Assembly (NCBI GenBank): GCA_010405405.1
Contig: MU004230.1
Location: 2,700,627-2,764,626, forward strand
Reading direction: 5' to 3'
From: Microthyrium microscopicum
Taxonomy: Eukaryota
DNA: 64,000 bases
The notes under the pieces were generated by a model, which ran no database searches, had not been told where the DNA came from, and saw only the letters and a program-made list of their open reading frames with translations. Positions 63,955 to 64,000 of the stretch are shown here, piece by piece (position 1 is the first letter of the stretch; every line of letters starts with the position of its first letter). The position numbers and the translations under genes were made by a program.

Positions 63955-64000
63955 GTAAGATATCACTTTTGCTTGTTTTGATATATGGGGTTTCGGTACT

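Noticed and set aside
1..64000. tRNA, rRNA or CRISPR arrays
   Set aside because: No cloverleaf with T-loop and acceptor stem, rRNA signature or repeat-spacer array seen by eye; a tRNAscan-SE/Infernal run would be needed to exclude small RNAs.

Overview
Genomic DNA of a filamentous ascomycete (short GT-AG introns with CTAAC/CTGAC branch sites), in two compartments. (1) 1-~18,100 is an AT/TpA-rich block destroyed by repeat-induced point mutation (RIP). It holds two full-length, head-outward Ty3/Gypsy chromovirus relics (628-8438 +; 10109-17512 -), each with paired LTRs, a 5-bp TSD, a PPT and a Tf1-type self-priming PBS. It also holds an ~805-bp TA-flanked TIR element (8922-9726), and all three sit in an older unidentified RIPed sequence. 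(2) ~18,200-64,000 is gene-rich, with 15 protein genes reconstructed by hand: Far1/Ste5-like RING-PH-vWA protein, terpene cyclase, proteinase K-like subtilase, PRCC, Sin1/Avo1, EthD protein, a 1640-aa homeodomain-C2H2-kinase-HET fusion, Tim44-like/Mba1 protein, eIF1/SUI1, a small secreted Cys protein, AA9 LPMO, an 8-exon Asterix/PAT10 gene the ORF track does not recover, Med12/Srb8, a TM-RING-H2 ligase and a truncated cyclophilin H. The two strongest novelty candidates are the spliced transcription factor-non-RD kinase-HET cell-death fusion, and a gap-free 68-nt motif (63/68 identical) shared near the 3' ends of the two otherwise divergent retrotransposons, which folds into a long hairpin when de-RIPed. 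All assignments come from manual reading and motif recognition; no database searches were run.
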